Assembly (NCBI GenBank): GCA_963664875.1
Contig: OY761611.1
Location: 404,511 to 468,510, forward strand
From: Candidatus Kapaibacterium sp.
GTDB lineage: Bacteria > Bacteroidota > Ignavibacteria > Kapaibacteriales > UBA2268
DNA: 64,000 nt
Reading direction: 5' to 3'
The notes beneath the pieces are model-generated. The model saw only the letters and a program-made list of their open reading frames with translations, was not told where the DNA came from and ran no database searches. Below are positions 39,297-49,585 of the stretch, one piece after another (the first letter of the stretch is position 1; each line of letters begins with the position of its first letter). A program made the position numbers and the translations under genes.

Positions 39297-41000
39297 TTAA
39301 TTTTCAGTCAGTTCTTTAGCTGTCTGCAAAATATTGTCACTAATATTGCCCGATCCTAACATTTTAGCAACCTCAGTTAGTAATTCATTCTTATCTAAAA
39401 TGCGTGATATAGAGAAGGTGTTACCGTCTATTTCTGATTTTTCTATATAAATTGGGTTGTCAGCTAATGCAGCTAATTGCGGTTGATGTGAGATAGCAAT
39501 TATTTGAATTGACTTAGAAAGCGATTTCATTCTGTCTGCTACTTTCTTTGCAATCTGACCGCTGATGCCTGTATCTATCTCGTCAAATATCATTAGTGGC
39601 ATATTATCTTTTTGAGCTAAATGAGATTTGATTGCAAGCATTATTCGAGAGATTTCCCCACCGGAGGCAACTTCTGACAAAGGCTTAGGTTCTTGACCTA
39701 AATTCGTAGATATATAAAACTCAAGTTGAGTAACACCATTTACAAAAGGAGTAAAGTAGTCATGTCCGGAAACGGCACAAAAGAGAATCTCTGAATTTGC
39801 TTCCCTTTTGTTAGAGATAATATCAAAATTTGGATTTTTTATACCTAAATCCATCAGAGTGTTTTCAACTGCAAATTTTAGCTTTTTGAAAACTAAAAGA
39901 CGATCAGTCAGTAAAAGTGTATCTTTATCAGTAATTTCATTCTGAAGCACTCTAATGTTCTTAAACATGTCATTGAGTTTTTCAGTGTAATTTTCAGAAT
40001 CCTCCAATTCAGATTGCAAATCAGGGATTGACGCTATGAGAAGGTCGAGTGAACCGAATTTTTTTTGTAGATTTTTAAGCGAGAATATTCTTTTACGAAT
40101 TTCTTCGGCTCTGAATTCGTCTGATTTTATATCATCTTTATAATCAGCTATCGCTGTATTTATTTCTTTGAGTGAGATGATATTTGATTCTAATTCATCG
40201 CAGTACTGGACTAATTCTTTATTATACTCTGATAATGTTGTGATTTGTTTTTGTATATCTCTGAGTTTATCTATAATAGCACCCTCTGAGTTGTATAGAG
40301 CATAGTTGACTTCATAGCAAGAGTTTTTAAGGAATTCTGCATTTTCGATTACTTCAAGCTCTTTTTCTAAATCTTCAAGTTCTCCTTTTTTCGGGTTTAT
40401 ACTTAATATCTCTTCGAGTTTGAATTTAACTAAGTGTTCTCTTTCTTTTAGATCAATTTCTTTCTGTTTGAATTCAAAATATTCGTCACATAATTTTTTA
40501 AGTTTTAGATATGTGTTTTTATACGATACTATAAGCTCAGATTCAACCCCACATAAGTCGAGTAGTGAGACATGATTTCCGGAAGATAAAAGTGTGTAAC
40601 TATCGTGTTGGGCATGGAAATCTAAAAGATAGCCTGATACTTCCCTAAGAAGTTTGTTTGTAACAGGAGTATCATTTATAAAAGCACGGCTGTTACCATT
40701 TACATTGAGCTCTCTTCTCAAAATCAAATCATCTTGCAGAATTTCAATATCATTTTTTCTCAGTATATCGAGTATAATAGTATTTTCAGAGTTTTCAAAA
40801 ATGGCTTCGATAATAGACTTTGACTCGCCAATTCTAATAATATCTGTTGTTGCCCTTGCACCTGCAACAATATTTAATGCACTGATAATCAAAGATTTGC
40901 CAGCACCTGTTTCACCTAAAAGCACGTTGAGACCTTTGGCGAAGAAGATAGATTGTTCTCTAATAATAGCAAAATTCTTTATGTATAGTGATTTTAGCAT
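39297..41000 (-). CDS. recN: DNA repair protein RecN
   Basis: N-terminus MLKSLYIKNFAIIREQSIFFAKGLNVLLGETGAGKS, a long coiled coil, and a C-terminal SMC signature. Confidence 0.9.
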   Translation of the reverse strand: MLKSLYIKNFAIIREQSIFFAKGLNVLLGETGAGKSLIISALNIVAGARATTDIIRIGESKSIIEAIFENSENTIILDILRKNDIEILQDDLILRRELNVNGNSRAFINDTPVTNKLLREVSGYLLDFHAQHDSYTLLSSGNHVSLLDLCGVESELIVSYKNTYLKLKKLCDEYFEFKQKEIDLKEREHLVKFKLEEILSINPKKGELEDLEKELEVIENAEFLKNSCYEVNYALYNSEGAIIDKLRDIQKQITTLSEYNKELVQYCDELESNIISLKEINTAIADYKDDIKSDEFRAEEIRKRIFSLKNLQKKFGSLDLLIASIPDLQSELEDSENYTEKLNDMFKNIRVLQNEITDKDTLLLTDRLLVFKKLKFAVENTLMDLGIKNPNFDIISNKREANSEILFCAVSGHDYFTPFVNGVTQLEFYISTNLGQEPKPLSEVASGGEISRIMLAIKSHLAQKDNMPLMIFDEIDTGISGQIAKKVADRMKSLSKSIQIIAISHQPQLAALADNPIYIEKSEIDGNTFSISRILDKNELLTEVAKMLGSGNISDNILQTAKELTEN

Positions 41001-41136
41001 TTGTTTCCCTTTGCGATATTACTATGCAAATATAACATAAGTCAATCTGACACGGAAAATATTGTTAATGATAAAATACGAATATTTTTAGTATTTTTGG
41101 AATCTATTGTATTTGTGGGATTTAGCAAAGACGAAT

Positions 41137-42942
41137 ATGAATTTTACTTTCAAAAATATACCTGATATGTTTTATAGAGTTTGTGACCGTTATGATGATA
41201 AAGTCGCCTTCAGGTTTAAAGAAAACGGAAAATGGCAAGACTTAACTTATAGTCGATTAGTTGAATTAGTAGAGTCTTTTGCTCTTGCCTTATTAGAGCT
41301 TGGTATCAGGAAAGGAGACCGAGTCGGTTTTGTTTCTGAAAACAGAATCGAATGGATTATTTCCAATTTTGCGGTTTCTTTGATAGGAGCTGTTGATGTT
41401 CCCATATTTCCAATATTGACAGCAAAACAAGAAGAATATATATTTTCAAATTGCGGTGTTTCATGTCTGATTGTCTCTAACAATTTTCAGCTAAATAAAG
41501 TAATGCAATTTAAAGATGATTTAGAGACATTACGTCAGATTATTGTTTTGAATGACGATTTCACAACTCAAGATCCAGCAGTCCGCTCCTACAAAGATAT
41601 GGTTGCAAGGGGGCTTGAATTAAGACCCAATCATGGCAGAGAATACTTTGATAAAAAAATAAATAAGATTGCATCCGACGATTTATTGACTCTAATCTAT
41701 ACTAGTGGCACTACAGGCGACCCCAAGGGTGTTATGCTTACGCACGGCAATCTTTGTTCAAATATTAAGGACGCAAATGCTGTATTTGGAAATTTGGAAC
41801 AACACACTACGCTTCTGTTTTTGCCTTTGTGCCATGCTTATGAAAGAACATCAGGTTTCTATACTTTGTTTTCTGGCGGGGCACAAATCAATATGGCAGA
41901 ATCCATTGATGTAGTTGCTTCAAATCTCAGAGAAGTATCACCTACAATAATGACATCTGTACCAAAATTGTTAGAAACAATAAAGAAAAAGATATTTCAC
42001 GCTATGAGCAAAGAAACACCTTCAAAACAAAAAGTCTTTAATTGGGCTGTTGAAGTGGGATCAAAATATGTAAGAAACAAGTTAGACGGAAAAAACTCAA
42101 TTACCCTAAAGGCACAATATAAAATAGCGGACAAGTTAGTATTCTCAAAGTTACGAGATAGAGTTGGTGGGAGATTGAACCGAATTATTTCCGGTGGTGC
42201 TGCTCTTGCTGATGATGTATATGAATTTTTTATGGCGATGGGAGTTAATGTTCAGCAAGGATACGGCCTAACAGAGGCATCTCCGGTGGTTGCAGTAAAC
42301 AGAATAGACAATATTGAAATTGGTACTATAGGAACTCCTTTTAACTCCGTTGAAGTGAAAATTGCAGAAGATGGAGAAATTTTAGTCAAAGGCCCTAATG
42401 TGATGAAAGGTTATTGGAATGACATCGCAGCTACTAAAGAAGCAATAGATAGTGATGGCTGGCTACATACAGGTGATGTTGGGCAGTTTACGAAAAAAGG
42501 AAATCTCAAAATTACTGACAGAAAGAAATACATTTTTGTAAATAGCGGCGGAAAAAATATAGCTCCACAGCCAATAGAAAACGTATTAGCTCAATCAAGG
42601 TATATTGATCACTGTATGTTGATAGGGGACATGAGAGAATATATTACTGCACTTATTACTCCTGACTTTGTTCAGCTTAAAGAATTGGCAGAAGAGTTTG
42701 GAATCACTTATTCGAATGAGACTGAGCTCATTAGTAATGATAGAATTGTTAAGCATATCAAGAAAGAGATAGATTACCTACAAAAAGATTTTGCAAAATT
42801 TGAACGTATAAGAAAGTTTTCTTTGCTTTCTAAGCCATTCACTGTCGAAGACGGGGAGCTTTCTCCAAAGATGAGTGTTAAGAGGCATGTTGTCGAACAA
42901 AAATATTCAGATATGATTGACGATATGTATAAAGGTTCCTAA
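41137..42942 (+). CDS. long-chain fatty-acid--CoA ligase (AMP-dependent synthetase)
   Basis: TSGTTGDPKGV AMP-binding motif, YGLTE, and a GWLHTGDVG…K C-terminal region. Confidence 0.85.
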   Translation: MNFTFKNIPDMFYRVCDRYDDKVAFRFKENGKWQDLTYSRLVELVESFALALLELGIRKGDRVGFVSENRIEWIISNFAVSLIGAVDVPIFPILTAKQEEYIFSNCGVSCLIVSNNFQLNKVMQFKDDLETLRQIIVLNDDFTTQDPAVRSYKDMVARGLELRPNHGREYFDKKINKIASDDLLTLIYTSGTTGDPKGVMLTHGNLCSNIKDANAVFGNLEQHTTLLFLPLCHAYERTSGFYTLFSGGAQINMAESIDVVASNLREVSPTIMTSVPKLLETIKKKIFHAMSKETPSKQKVFNWAVEVGSKYVRNKLDGKNSITLKAQYKIADKLVFSKLRDRVGGRLNRIISGGAALADDVYEFFMAMGVNVQQGYGLTEASPVVAVNRIDNIEIGTIGTPFNSVEVKIAEDGEILVKGPNVMKGYWNDIAATKEAIDSDGWLHTGDVGQFTKKGNLKITDRKKYIFVNSGGKNIAPQPIENVLAQSRYIDHCMLIGDMREYITALITPDFVQLKELAEEFGITYSNETELISNDRIVKHIKKEIDYLQKDFAKFERIRKFSLLSKPFTVEDGELSPKMSVKRHVVEQKYSDMIDDMYKGS

Positions 42943-42944
42943 AT

Positions 42945-42990
42945 TTTAAAAAAGAGGCAATAATATATTTTTATTGCCTCTTTTAAAAAT
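42945..42990. terminator. bidirectional intrinsic terminator
   Basis: 14-bp perfect stem aaaagaggcaataa/ttattgcctctttt flanked by A- and T-runs. It lies between convergent genes. Confidence 0.65.
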
Positions 42991-43026
42991 CAAAATAGTT
43001 GTAAAGATGTTCTTTCAAAAATAATA

Positions 43027-43761
43027 CTATTTTGCTTCTTCTGTCTTAGAAGTAGCTGGTTGTTGATCCACAGAAGCAGTCAAATCTATTGTTCTACCAT
43101 CTGCCAAAGTTACAGCCAATGGTTGCCATACAGCACGTAAAGTTTGCAGATTTTGACGTAGAAAGACATCATTTTGATTATTGATATCGTGTTTATAAGC
43201 CGGTGTAATGATTTGTTCTTCAATTCCTGCAGCAATTTGCTTTTTGATGTTTACCGGGAATCTTTTAACAACTCTATTTTGCTGGTCAACAGCATTTATA
43301 TAGCCCTGCAGGTTAGTTATTGCCTGTGAAGAAGTATTTTTTATAGTAAATGCCATAACATTTGCATAGACTTTTTCAGCCTCATTGTCTTTCATTTCAA
43401 ATTTTTCGAATTTAAAAGTATGAGTAAAATTAACTTCAGTTTTCAAAGCTGTATTCTTTAAACCGGTCACAGTAACATCACGAGATAGCTGCTCTTGAGA
43501 AGCAATTATGTCACCAATAGTTTTACCTATAACTGAATCGCGAACACCGCCAAGTCGTGCTAAGCCTTGATTAAGAAGAGTAATATCTTTGAGTGACATT
43601 ACTTCATCATGCTGAATCTTTTTAGCCAATTCGGTAATGTTGTTTTCTGTAAAGACTTCTTTGAGTAAAGGTGATTTCGGCTCTGCCTGATTGCATGAAT
43701 AAATGCTTGCAACAATCAAAAGTGCTGAAAGTGCTTTAGCTGTTTTAAACGATTTGGACAT
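43027..43761 (-). CDS. hypothetical lipoprotein
   Basis: Signal peptide with a lipobox (IYSCNQ). 244 aa. Confidence 0.45.
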   Translation of the reverse strand: MSKSFKTAKALSALLIVASIYSCNQAEPKSPLLKEVFTENNITELAKKIQHDEVMSLKDITLLNQGLARLGGVRDSVIGKTIGDIIASQEQLSRDVTVTGLKNTALKTEVNFTHTFKFEKFEMKDNEAEKVYANVMAFTIKNTSSQAITNLQGYINAVDQQNRVVKRFPVNIKKQIAAGIEEQIITPAYKHDINNQNDVFLRQNLQTLRAVWQPLAVTLADGRTIDLTASVDQQPATSKTEEAK

Positions 43762-43849
43762 ATTAGCTCCTCGAAGCTTTTAATATAACATACTTGTCTT
43801 GTAGAATTATACAAAGATAATTAAGTATTGTAAAATTCCAATAGAATAA

Positions 43850-44737
43850 TTATAAAAATGATTTGACGAGGCCATATCTCAATCCATGAGAGCTGATATT
43901 GATAGGCTTTTCTACAATTTTTGAAATCCTGTCTAATATCAGTGCGCCTGCACCGATTAAATCCGCTCTTTTGGGATGAACTTTATATAAATTTTGTATG
44001 GTCAATGCATCTGCTGTCAAATATTTTTTCGTTATATCACAAAGAGTTTCAGGATCCAAAATGCTGCCATGTACAATATGGTCATCAAAATCATCTAAAT
44101 TAAGGGCAGTAGTCGCTATAGTAGTAGCAGTACCGCCAACTGCATAGATATCACCTGAAAAAGCTTTGAGGTTAGTTTTATCAAGCATTTCGTCGATATA
44201 TTTGACAGCAGCTCGAATTTGATCTGAAGTAGGAGGGGAGTCTTTCAAAAATTTTTCAGTTATCCTGACAGCACCAATTTGCAGACTTTCTCGCGATGTA
44301 ATTAGTCCGCTTTCTCCGGTAATGAGTTCGGTACTTCCACCGCCAATATCTATGACAAGTGATTTGAATGGTTTTGTTACTGTACCCAAAAAGCTATATC
44401 TTGCTTCCTCTGCACCGGATATAATTTCTATTTTTCTTCCTAAATGAAATTCGATTATATCGGCTACTACTTCACGATTTTTTGCATCACGCATAGCACT
44501 GGTAGCAACTGCTTTGACATTACAAATGCCGTGTTTATTTAACTCAAAAGCGTATTTCTCGAATACTTTGACTGCTCTTTCAATAGCTTGGTCGTTTATA
44601 TACCCACTTTTATCAACACCCTCGCCAAGTCTCACAATTTCATGATAATCTTCTACTACTCTTAGTTCTGAGTTTTGGAACTCGGCGATTAGCATTAGTA
44701 TAGTATTGGTTCCTATATCAATTCCTGCGATTTTCAA
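43850..44737 (-). CDS. Ppx/GppA-family phosphatase (short form)
   Basis: MKIAGIDIGTNTILMLIAE actin-like ATPase N-terminus. 295 aa. Confidence 0.8.
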   Translation of the reverse strand: MKIAGIDIGTNTILMLIAEFQNSELRVVEDYHEIVRLGEGVDKSGYINDQAIERAVKVFEKYAFELNKHGICNVKAVATSAMRDAKNREVVADIIEFHLGRKIEIISGAEEARYSFLGTVTKPFKSLVIDIGGGSTELITGESGLITSRESLQIGAVRITEKFLKDSPPTSDQIRAAVKYIDEMLDKTNLKAFSGDIYAVGGTATTIATTALNLDDFDDHIVHGSILDPETLCDITKKYLTADALTIQNLYKVHPKRADLIGAGALILDRISKIVEKPINISSHGLRYGLVKSFL

Positions 44738-44744
44738 TATTCAC

Positions 44745-45590
44745 CTATTGTTTTATTCTAAATTTAATACCAACCCATTCATCGTCTTGTTTTACTTCTT
44801 CCAACTCAAATCCCAGATCTAAAGCTGGTTGGATTACGTCATCCTTATGGTAAACTAAAATACCTGAAACAAGTAATACACCTTTACTTGCTTGTAGGCT
44901 TTTATAAAACGCAGGTAAAAATTCGAGTATAATGTGAAGGTTTATGTTTGCAGCAATGCCATCTACCTGAGGCATTTGTAGTTTGTCAATTTCTGATAAT
45001 ACCAACTCTATATTTTTGCAATTATTTATTTCAGCATTTTCTTGAGCATTTTCAATACTCCAATGATCATTATCAAATGCATAAATATATGATGCTCCGA
45101 GTTTTTCTGCCAATATAGCGAGAACACCTGTCCCTGTACCAGCGTCAATCCATCTACTTTTTTGTTTTACTTCTTGTTCCATCAACTGACAAACTAGTCT
45201 CGTAGTGGAATGTGAGCCGGTTCCAAAAGACATTTTAGGATTGATAAGAAGTATAATCTCTTCTGTTAGTTCATTTTCTTTCCATGTAGGAGCAATTCCT
45301 ATTCGGTCTGAAACATGTATAGCCTGAACATTTTTCTCCCATTCTTCATTCCAGTTCGTCTCTTCAATGGTTGTAACGTTAGTAATATCAGCACTTGGTA
45401 TAAGCTCTTTAATATTATGCTTTAACAATTCTAATAGTTCCTCATTGTAAGCGTTGCTATCAAAAGAAACTATCATTTCATCAAATTTCTCTTCGACCCC
45501 CAGGAATTGAAGTTCTCCAAGCACTGCATATACTAAATCATAATACTCTTCGTAAACAGATATAGTGACATTGACGTACTGCTTTTTCAT
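44745..45590 (-). CDS. prmA: ribosomal protein L11 methyltransferase
   Basis: DAGTGTGVLAI SAM-binding motif and PrmA-like layout. Confidence 0.85.
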   Translation of the reverse strand: MKKQYVNVTISVYEEYYDLVYAVLGELQFLGVEEKFDEMIVSFDSNAYNEELLELLKHNIKELIPSADITNVTTIEETNWNEEWEKNVQAIHVSDRIGIAPTWKENELTEEIILLINPKMSFGTGSHSTTRLVCQLMEQEVKQKSRWIDAGTGTGVLAILAEKLGASYIYAFDNDHWSIENAQENAEINNCKNIELVLSEIDKLQMPQVDGIAANINLHIILEFLPAFYKSLQASKGVLLVSGILVYHKDDVIQPALDLGFELEEVKQDDEWVGIKFRIKQ

Positions 45591-45699
45591 ACTATACTCA
45601 AAAAAATAAATAAATAGAAAGTTTTATATCTTAACTAAAATGATTATGTTTCGTACTATAAAATAGTCAATTCAACAATACAAAAATAGCGAAACTGCA

Positions 45700-46224
45700 A
45701 TGATAATAAAAGACCTAAAGAGTAAACTTTCAAAAGTCAAACTTTTAGTGATGGATGTTGACGGCACTTTAACTGATGGAGCTATGTATTATTCTGCGAG
45801 CGGCGAAGAGTTAAAGCGTTTTTCTACAAGAGATGGAATGGGAATCACATTACTTCAAAAGTCAGGAATTAAGACAGCTATAGTTACAAGTGAGGCTTCA
45901 CAAATAGCTTTAAAGCGTGGTGAAAAACTAAAAATAGACAAAATTATACTTGGATCTAAAGATAAAACATCAGCTTTGGAAGAATTATGTAAGTATTTTG
46001 AAATAAATATAGAAGAAATTGCCTATATTGGTGATGACGTTAATGACTTACATGCTATGAAAATGGCAGGCATAAGTGCTTGTCCCGGAGATTCTGTAGA
46101 GTCAATCAAAAATATTGCAGATTATATTTGCATTGCAAATGGCGGTAACGGAGCCGTAAGAGAGCTTTGCGAAAAGATATTAAAAGCACAAGAAAAACCA
46201 ATAATACTAACCGAAAACTGGTAA
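45700..46224 (+). CDS. kdsC: 3-deoxy-D-manno-octulosonate 8-phosphate phosphatase (HAD IIIA)
   Basis: LVMDVDGTLTDG and GDDVNDL HAD motifs. 174 aa. Confidence 0.8.
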   Translation: MIIKDLKSKLSKVKLLVMDVDGTLTDGAMYYSASGEELKRFSTRDGMGITLLQKSGIKTAIVTSEASQIALKRGEKLKIDKIILGSKDKTSALEELCKYFEINIEEIAYIGDDVNDLHAMKMAGISACPGDSVESIKNIADYICIANGGNGAVRELCEKILKAQEKPIILTENW

Positions 46225-46239
46225 TCAAAGGAGGATACC

Positions 46240-46644
46240 ATGGGAAAAGAACATGATAACTACACAAAAGGCTTTCTATTGGGTGCAATTGTCGGTGGAG
46301 TAGCCGGAGCTGTAACAGCATTATTATTTGCCCCTAAAAGTGGAGCTGAGTTGAGAAAAGATATCGCGGAAACATCTACTCAACTTTATGACAAGAGTAA
46401 AGATTATTTCGTAACAGTAGAAGATTCTGTTAGCAAAGCGATTTCAAATACTGTAAACGAAGGAAGAATCAAAGCTCAAAGTATAGTTGAATCTGCAAAG
46501 CGTCAAGCTGAAGGTATCATCGAAAATGCTGAACATGTACTCTCAGATGCAAAGGCAAAAGCTACACAGGTTAAAGATGCAGCTAAAGCAGGTGCAGATG
46601 CTTTTAGAGATGAGATGAAAGCTGCAGATTACAGAAAAGGGTAA
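46240..46644 (+). CDS. YtxH-domain protein
   Basis: AGGAGG RBS. N-terminal TM GFLLGAIVGGVAGAVTALLFAPKSG followed by an Ala/Lys-rich helical region. Confidence 0.6.
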   Translation: MGKEHDNYTKGFLLGAIVGGVAGAVTALLFAPKSGAELRKDIAETSTQLYDKSKDYFVTVEDSVSKAISNTVNEGRIKAQSIVESAKRQAEGIIENAEHVLSDAKAKATQVKDAAKAGADAFRDEMKAADYRKG

Positions 46645-46649
46645 AAGAT

Positions 46650-47123
46650 ATGGATATAATGCTAAAAATCGCAGCTTTAGCAGCATTGGTATCAATTACT
46701 TTACTAGCGTTAATGGCAATATCTTCTCTGTCAAAATTCAATAAATCTTTTGAAATAATTTTAGATAACATCAAAAGAGTTACTACAGACCTAAATTCGG
46801 TAAAAGATAAAATTTCTAATCTTGTTGATGGTATGAATGAATTGCGATCAGAGTTGAGTTATAAGATGAGAGAAATTAGTGAACTTAAAAATTCGACTGA
46901 AGAATCTCTCAGGCACTTTAATGAAATGAGCATCAAAGTCAAAAATACAACTGAAAAGTTCGAAAATAGGGTAGATCAGATAACCGGAGTTTTCAAACCA
47001 TTTGAAATATTGATTGAATCTGTTTATGATAAAATTGCTCCGCCGGTCAATCAATCCGCTACTTTCATAAGTGCTGCTATAAAAGCCATAGGCGTGTTTG
47101 CAAGTAAAGTTACCAACAGGTAA
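46650..47123 (+). CDS. DUF948-like membrane-anchored coiled-coil protein
   Basis: N-terminal TM plus coiled coil. Pairing with YtxH is reminiscent of ytxG-ytxH. Confidence 0.45.
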   Translation: MDIMLKIAALAALVSITLLALMAISSLSKFNKSFEIILDNIKRVTTDLNSVKDKISNLVDGMNELRSELSYKMREISELKNSTEESLRHFNEMSIKVKNTTEKFENRVDQITGVFKPFEILIESVYDKIAPPVNQSATFISAAIKAIGVFASKVTNR

Positions 47124-47162
47124 AAAAAAGCCGTTTAAATTCAGTTTAAACGGCTTTTTTTA
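47123..47162. terminator. bidirectional intrinsic terminator
   Basis: 12-bp perfect stem aagccgtttaaa/tttaaacggctt, with an A8 run before it and a T7 run after it. Confidence 0.7.
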
Positions 47163-47236
47163 GGATTATTTTCCAAATTATTTCTCTCACAAATCTATAA
47201 TCTTAAAAAGATTCGTAAGATTGATTTTAATCTAAA

Positions 47237-47764
47237 CTATTTGATTTCTGCTGTAGCTGGTTTTGCAGCAAGTTTTTCAGAAATAGCATAAGTGCCAAAT
47301 ATAATTGCTGAAAACAACATTGAAGATGCTAATGTGCTTTTAAAGAATGGTATTGCAGCCACATAACAAGCAACCAAGCCACTAAAATCAAGAGTGTACA
47401 TGCCACTCATAGCCCATACAGCAAAGTTTGTAACTACAAAAAACAACAATGCAGATACTACAGAAGAAGCAGCAACATTTTTAATATTTGGATTTGACAC
47501 GAATTTTTGACCGATGAGTACAGTAAGTAAGAAACTTCCGTAAACAGCAAACATTGTGTTATGAAATCCAAAGTAAATGTCTGTCAATAGCATAGCTGCA
47601 ACCGGAATAACATAAGCAAGTTTTTTGTTGAGCATAGCACCACCAAAAAGAGCCATAGCCATTACAGGTGAAAAGTTAGGCATTCCTGCAAAAAGGAATC
47701 TTGAAAATGCTGCAACTGCAATAAGTGCAATTACTAAAACGAGATTTGCGTTTTTTCCGCTCAT
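47237..47764 (-). CDS. small polytopic membrane protein (ECF-S-component / DUF6580-like putative transporter)
   Basis: 175 aa with 5-6 predicted TM helices. The family assignment is from memory only. Confidence 0.4.
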   Translation of the reverse strand: MSGKNANLVLVIALIAVAAFSRFLFAGMPNFSPVMAMALFGGAMLNKKLAYVIPVAAMLLTDIYFGFHNTMFAVYGSFLLTVLIGQKFVSNPNIKNVAASSVVSALLFFVVTNFAVWAMSGMYTLDFSGLVACYVAAIPFFKSTLASSMLFSAIIFGTYAISEKLAAKPATAEIK

Positions 47765-47906
47765 TTCAATTTACATCATTAAAGTTTTACATATTACTTA
47801 GTACCTGCAAAATAAGGTATAATAGGGAATTATCCTAATAATGCAGACAACATATTTTATTAGAGACAAATATTAGTTTACATAATATATATTATATTCC
47901 TAATAT

Positions 47907-48086
47907 TTATTCGTCATCCAACATGATTTTGATAGTTTTCAATACATCAGGATCTGCCTGACTAACACGAGCTTGTATTTTAGTCATCATTTCTTTGGCT
48001 ATCAGCTCGCGAAGCAACCTATCCTCATGTGACATGTTATCAGACTTTTCCGGTAGTTTAGCCGGTTTTTTATCTTTCTTAGCCAT
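47907..48086 (-). CDS. possible 59-aa ORF (MAKKDKKPAKLPEKSDNMSHEDRLLRELIAKEMMTKIQARVSQADPDVLKTIKIMLDDE)
   Basis: ATG on the complement of 48084-48086 with GGAG 10 nt upstream. It is just below the ORF-track length cut-off. The sequence is charged and helical. Confidence 0.3.
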   Translation of the reverse strand: MAKKDKKPAKLPEKSDNMSHEDRLLRELIAKEMMTKIQARVSQADPDVLKTIKIMLDDE

Positions 48087-48143
48087 TTTGCTACTCCGAA
48101 GAAAGTATCTATATTATTATAAACGAGATACTTAAGCAAAATA

Positions 48144-49427
48144 TTATAAAGTTGACTCAACTAATTTGTTATTGTTTATCACCATTTTAGCTTTACCTTT
48201 GAATACATAGCCATCAAACGGTGAATTAAGCGATTTTGATTTTGATTTCTTTTGGCTGTAAGTCCATTCTTCAGTAGGATTAAAAATACTGATATTTGCT
48301 TTTGCACCGTTTTCAAAAGAAATCTTATCTAAGCCACAGATATTTCTAGGGTTTACAGACATCTTTTCTATAAGTTGGCTTATAGTTAAATGTCCCGGTT
48401 CTACCAAGGCTGTAATAGCAATACCCAAAGCAGACTCTAAGCCTAAAATACCATTAGGAGCTAACTCAAATTCTACATCTTTTTCATGCAATGCGTGCGG
48501 AGCATGATCTGAAGCTATACAATCGATAGTTCCGTCTTTTAAGCCCTCAAGAATTTCGTTTAAGTCGTCAAACCCTCTTAATGGTGGGTTCATTTTATAG
48601 TTTGTATCATATTTTTCCATATGACTGTCATCAAGGAAGAAATGATGTGGAGTAACTTCTGCAGATACTCTTTGACCGTTAGCTTTAGCCTCTCTTACGA
48701 GCTTTACTGCACCTTTTGTGCTTATATGAGAAACATGGTATCTTCTGTTGCCTAAGTAATTAGCTAACATCAAATCTCTTGCAACCATAATGTCTTCAGC
48801 GACTGAAGGATAACCTTTGAGACCTAACTTATAAGACTGAGGAGTTTCATTTACTGCATATCCATGAGTTAAATGCGTATCTTCGCAATGCTGTGAGATT
48901 AGTAAATCATGGCTTGCAGCATAATCAAAAGCTCGTCTCATTACTTCAGTATCAATAATGGAAGCACCGTCGTCAGTAAAAAGTACTGCACCACTTTTGA
49001 TCATTTCAAGCATTGGTGCAATCAATTTACCTTCTCTGTTTTTAGTAATTGCACCGGCAACATGTACATCTACCGCTAAACCCTGCGATTTTTCTTTTAT
49101 ATAAGAAATCACAGTCGCATTGTCTATAGAAGGATCTGTATTTGGCATACATACTAAACCGGTAAATCCACCGTTAGCGGCACAGTTTGTACCTGTTTTG
49201 ATATCTTCTTTGTATTCAAAGCCCGGTTCTCTCAAGTGCACATGCATATCAAACAATCCCGGTGAAGCTACTAAATTAGTACCGTCAATTATTTTTGTGT
49301 CGCTGTCAGTTTGTGCAGCTTCTTTAGAAGAATGGCAGATAATACCATCTTTAATCCAAAGATTACGAACTTCATCTAAACCTTCGTAAGGATTGATTAC
49401 TCTGATGTTTTGGATATAAATATTCAA
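48144..49427 (-). CDS. pyrC: dihydroorotase (amidohydrolase superfamily)
   Basis: DMHVHLREPG metal-binding start and the carbamylated-Lys region. 427 aa. Confidence 0.85.
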   Translation of the reverse strand: MNIYIQNIRVINPYEGLDEVRNLWIKDGIICHSSKEAAQTDSDTKIIDGTNLVASPGLFDMHVHLREPGFEYKEDIKTGTNCAANGGFTGLVCMPNTDPSIDNATVISYIKEKSQGLAVDVHVAGAITKNREGKLIAPMLEMIKSGAVLFTDDGASIIDTEVMRRAFDYAASHDLLISQHCEDTHLTHGYAVNETPQSYKLGLKGYPSVAEDIMVARDLMLANYLGNRRYHVSHISTKGAVKLVREAKANGQRVSAEVTPHHFFLDDSHMEKYDTNYKMNPPLRGFDDLNEILEGLKDGTIDCIASDHAPHALHEKDVEFELAPNGILGLESALGIAITALVEPGHLTISQLIEKMSVNPRNICGLDKISFENGAKANISIFNPTEEWTYSQKKSKSKSLNSPFDGYVFKGKAKMVINNNKLVESTL

Positions 49428-49517
49428 GATGCCTCCTACTCATTGAGCTATATTTTGAATTGTTTAGTTTTGTGTATCATTGCAAAATAACTTATTTGAA
49501 GTTTTAATTCAACAAGA

Positions 49518-49565
49518 AAATATCTTATGCTTTGACATGTTCTCAAATATAAAGCATAAGATATT
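49518..49565 (-). terminator. 15-bp perfect hairpin; probable terminator of the ChaN-like gene
   Basis: aaatatcttatgcttt / aaagcataagatatt with a 17-nt loop. On the minus strand it is followed by tttcttgtt. Confidence 0.4.
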
Positions 49566-49585
49566 GATATATATCAGAGATACTT

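Noticed and set aside
40654-41040. 128-aa ORF antisense to recN
   Set aside because: It is embedded in recN and has a poly-Ser/Ile composition. Judged spurious.
47765-47906. Possible riboswitch in front of the DUF6580-like transporter
   Set aside because: None of the cobalamin, preQ1, THF or TPP core consensus sequences could be recognised by eye. It is kept only as a low-confidence structured-leader note in the findings.
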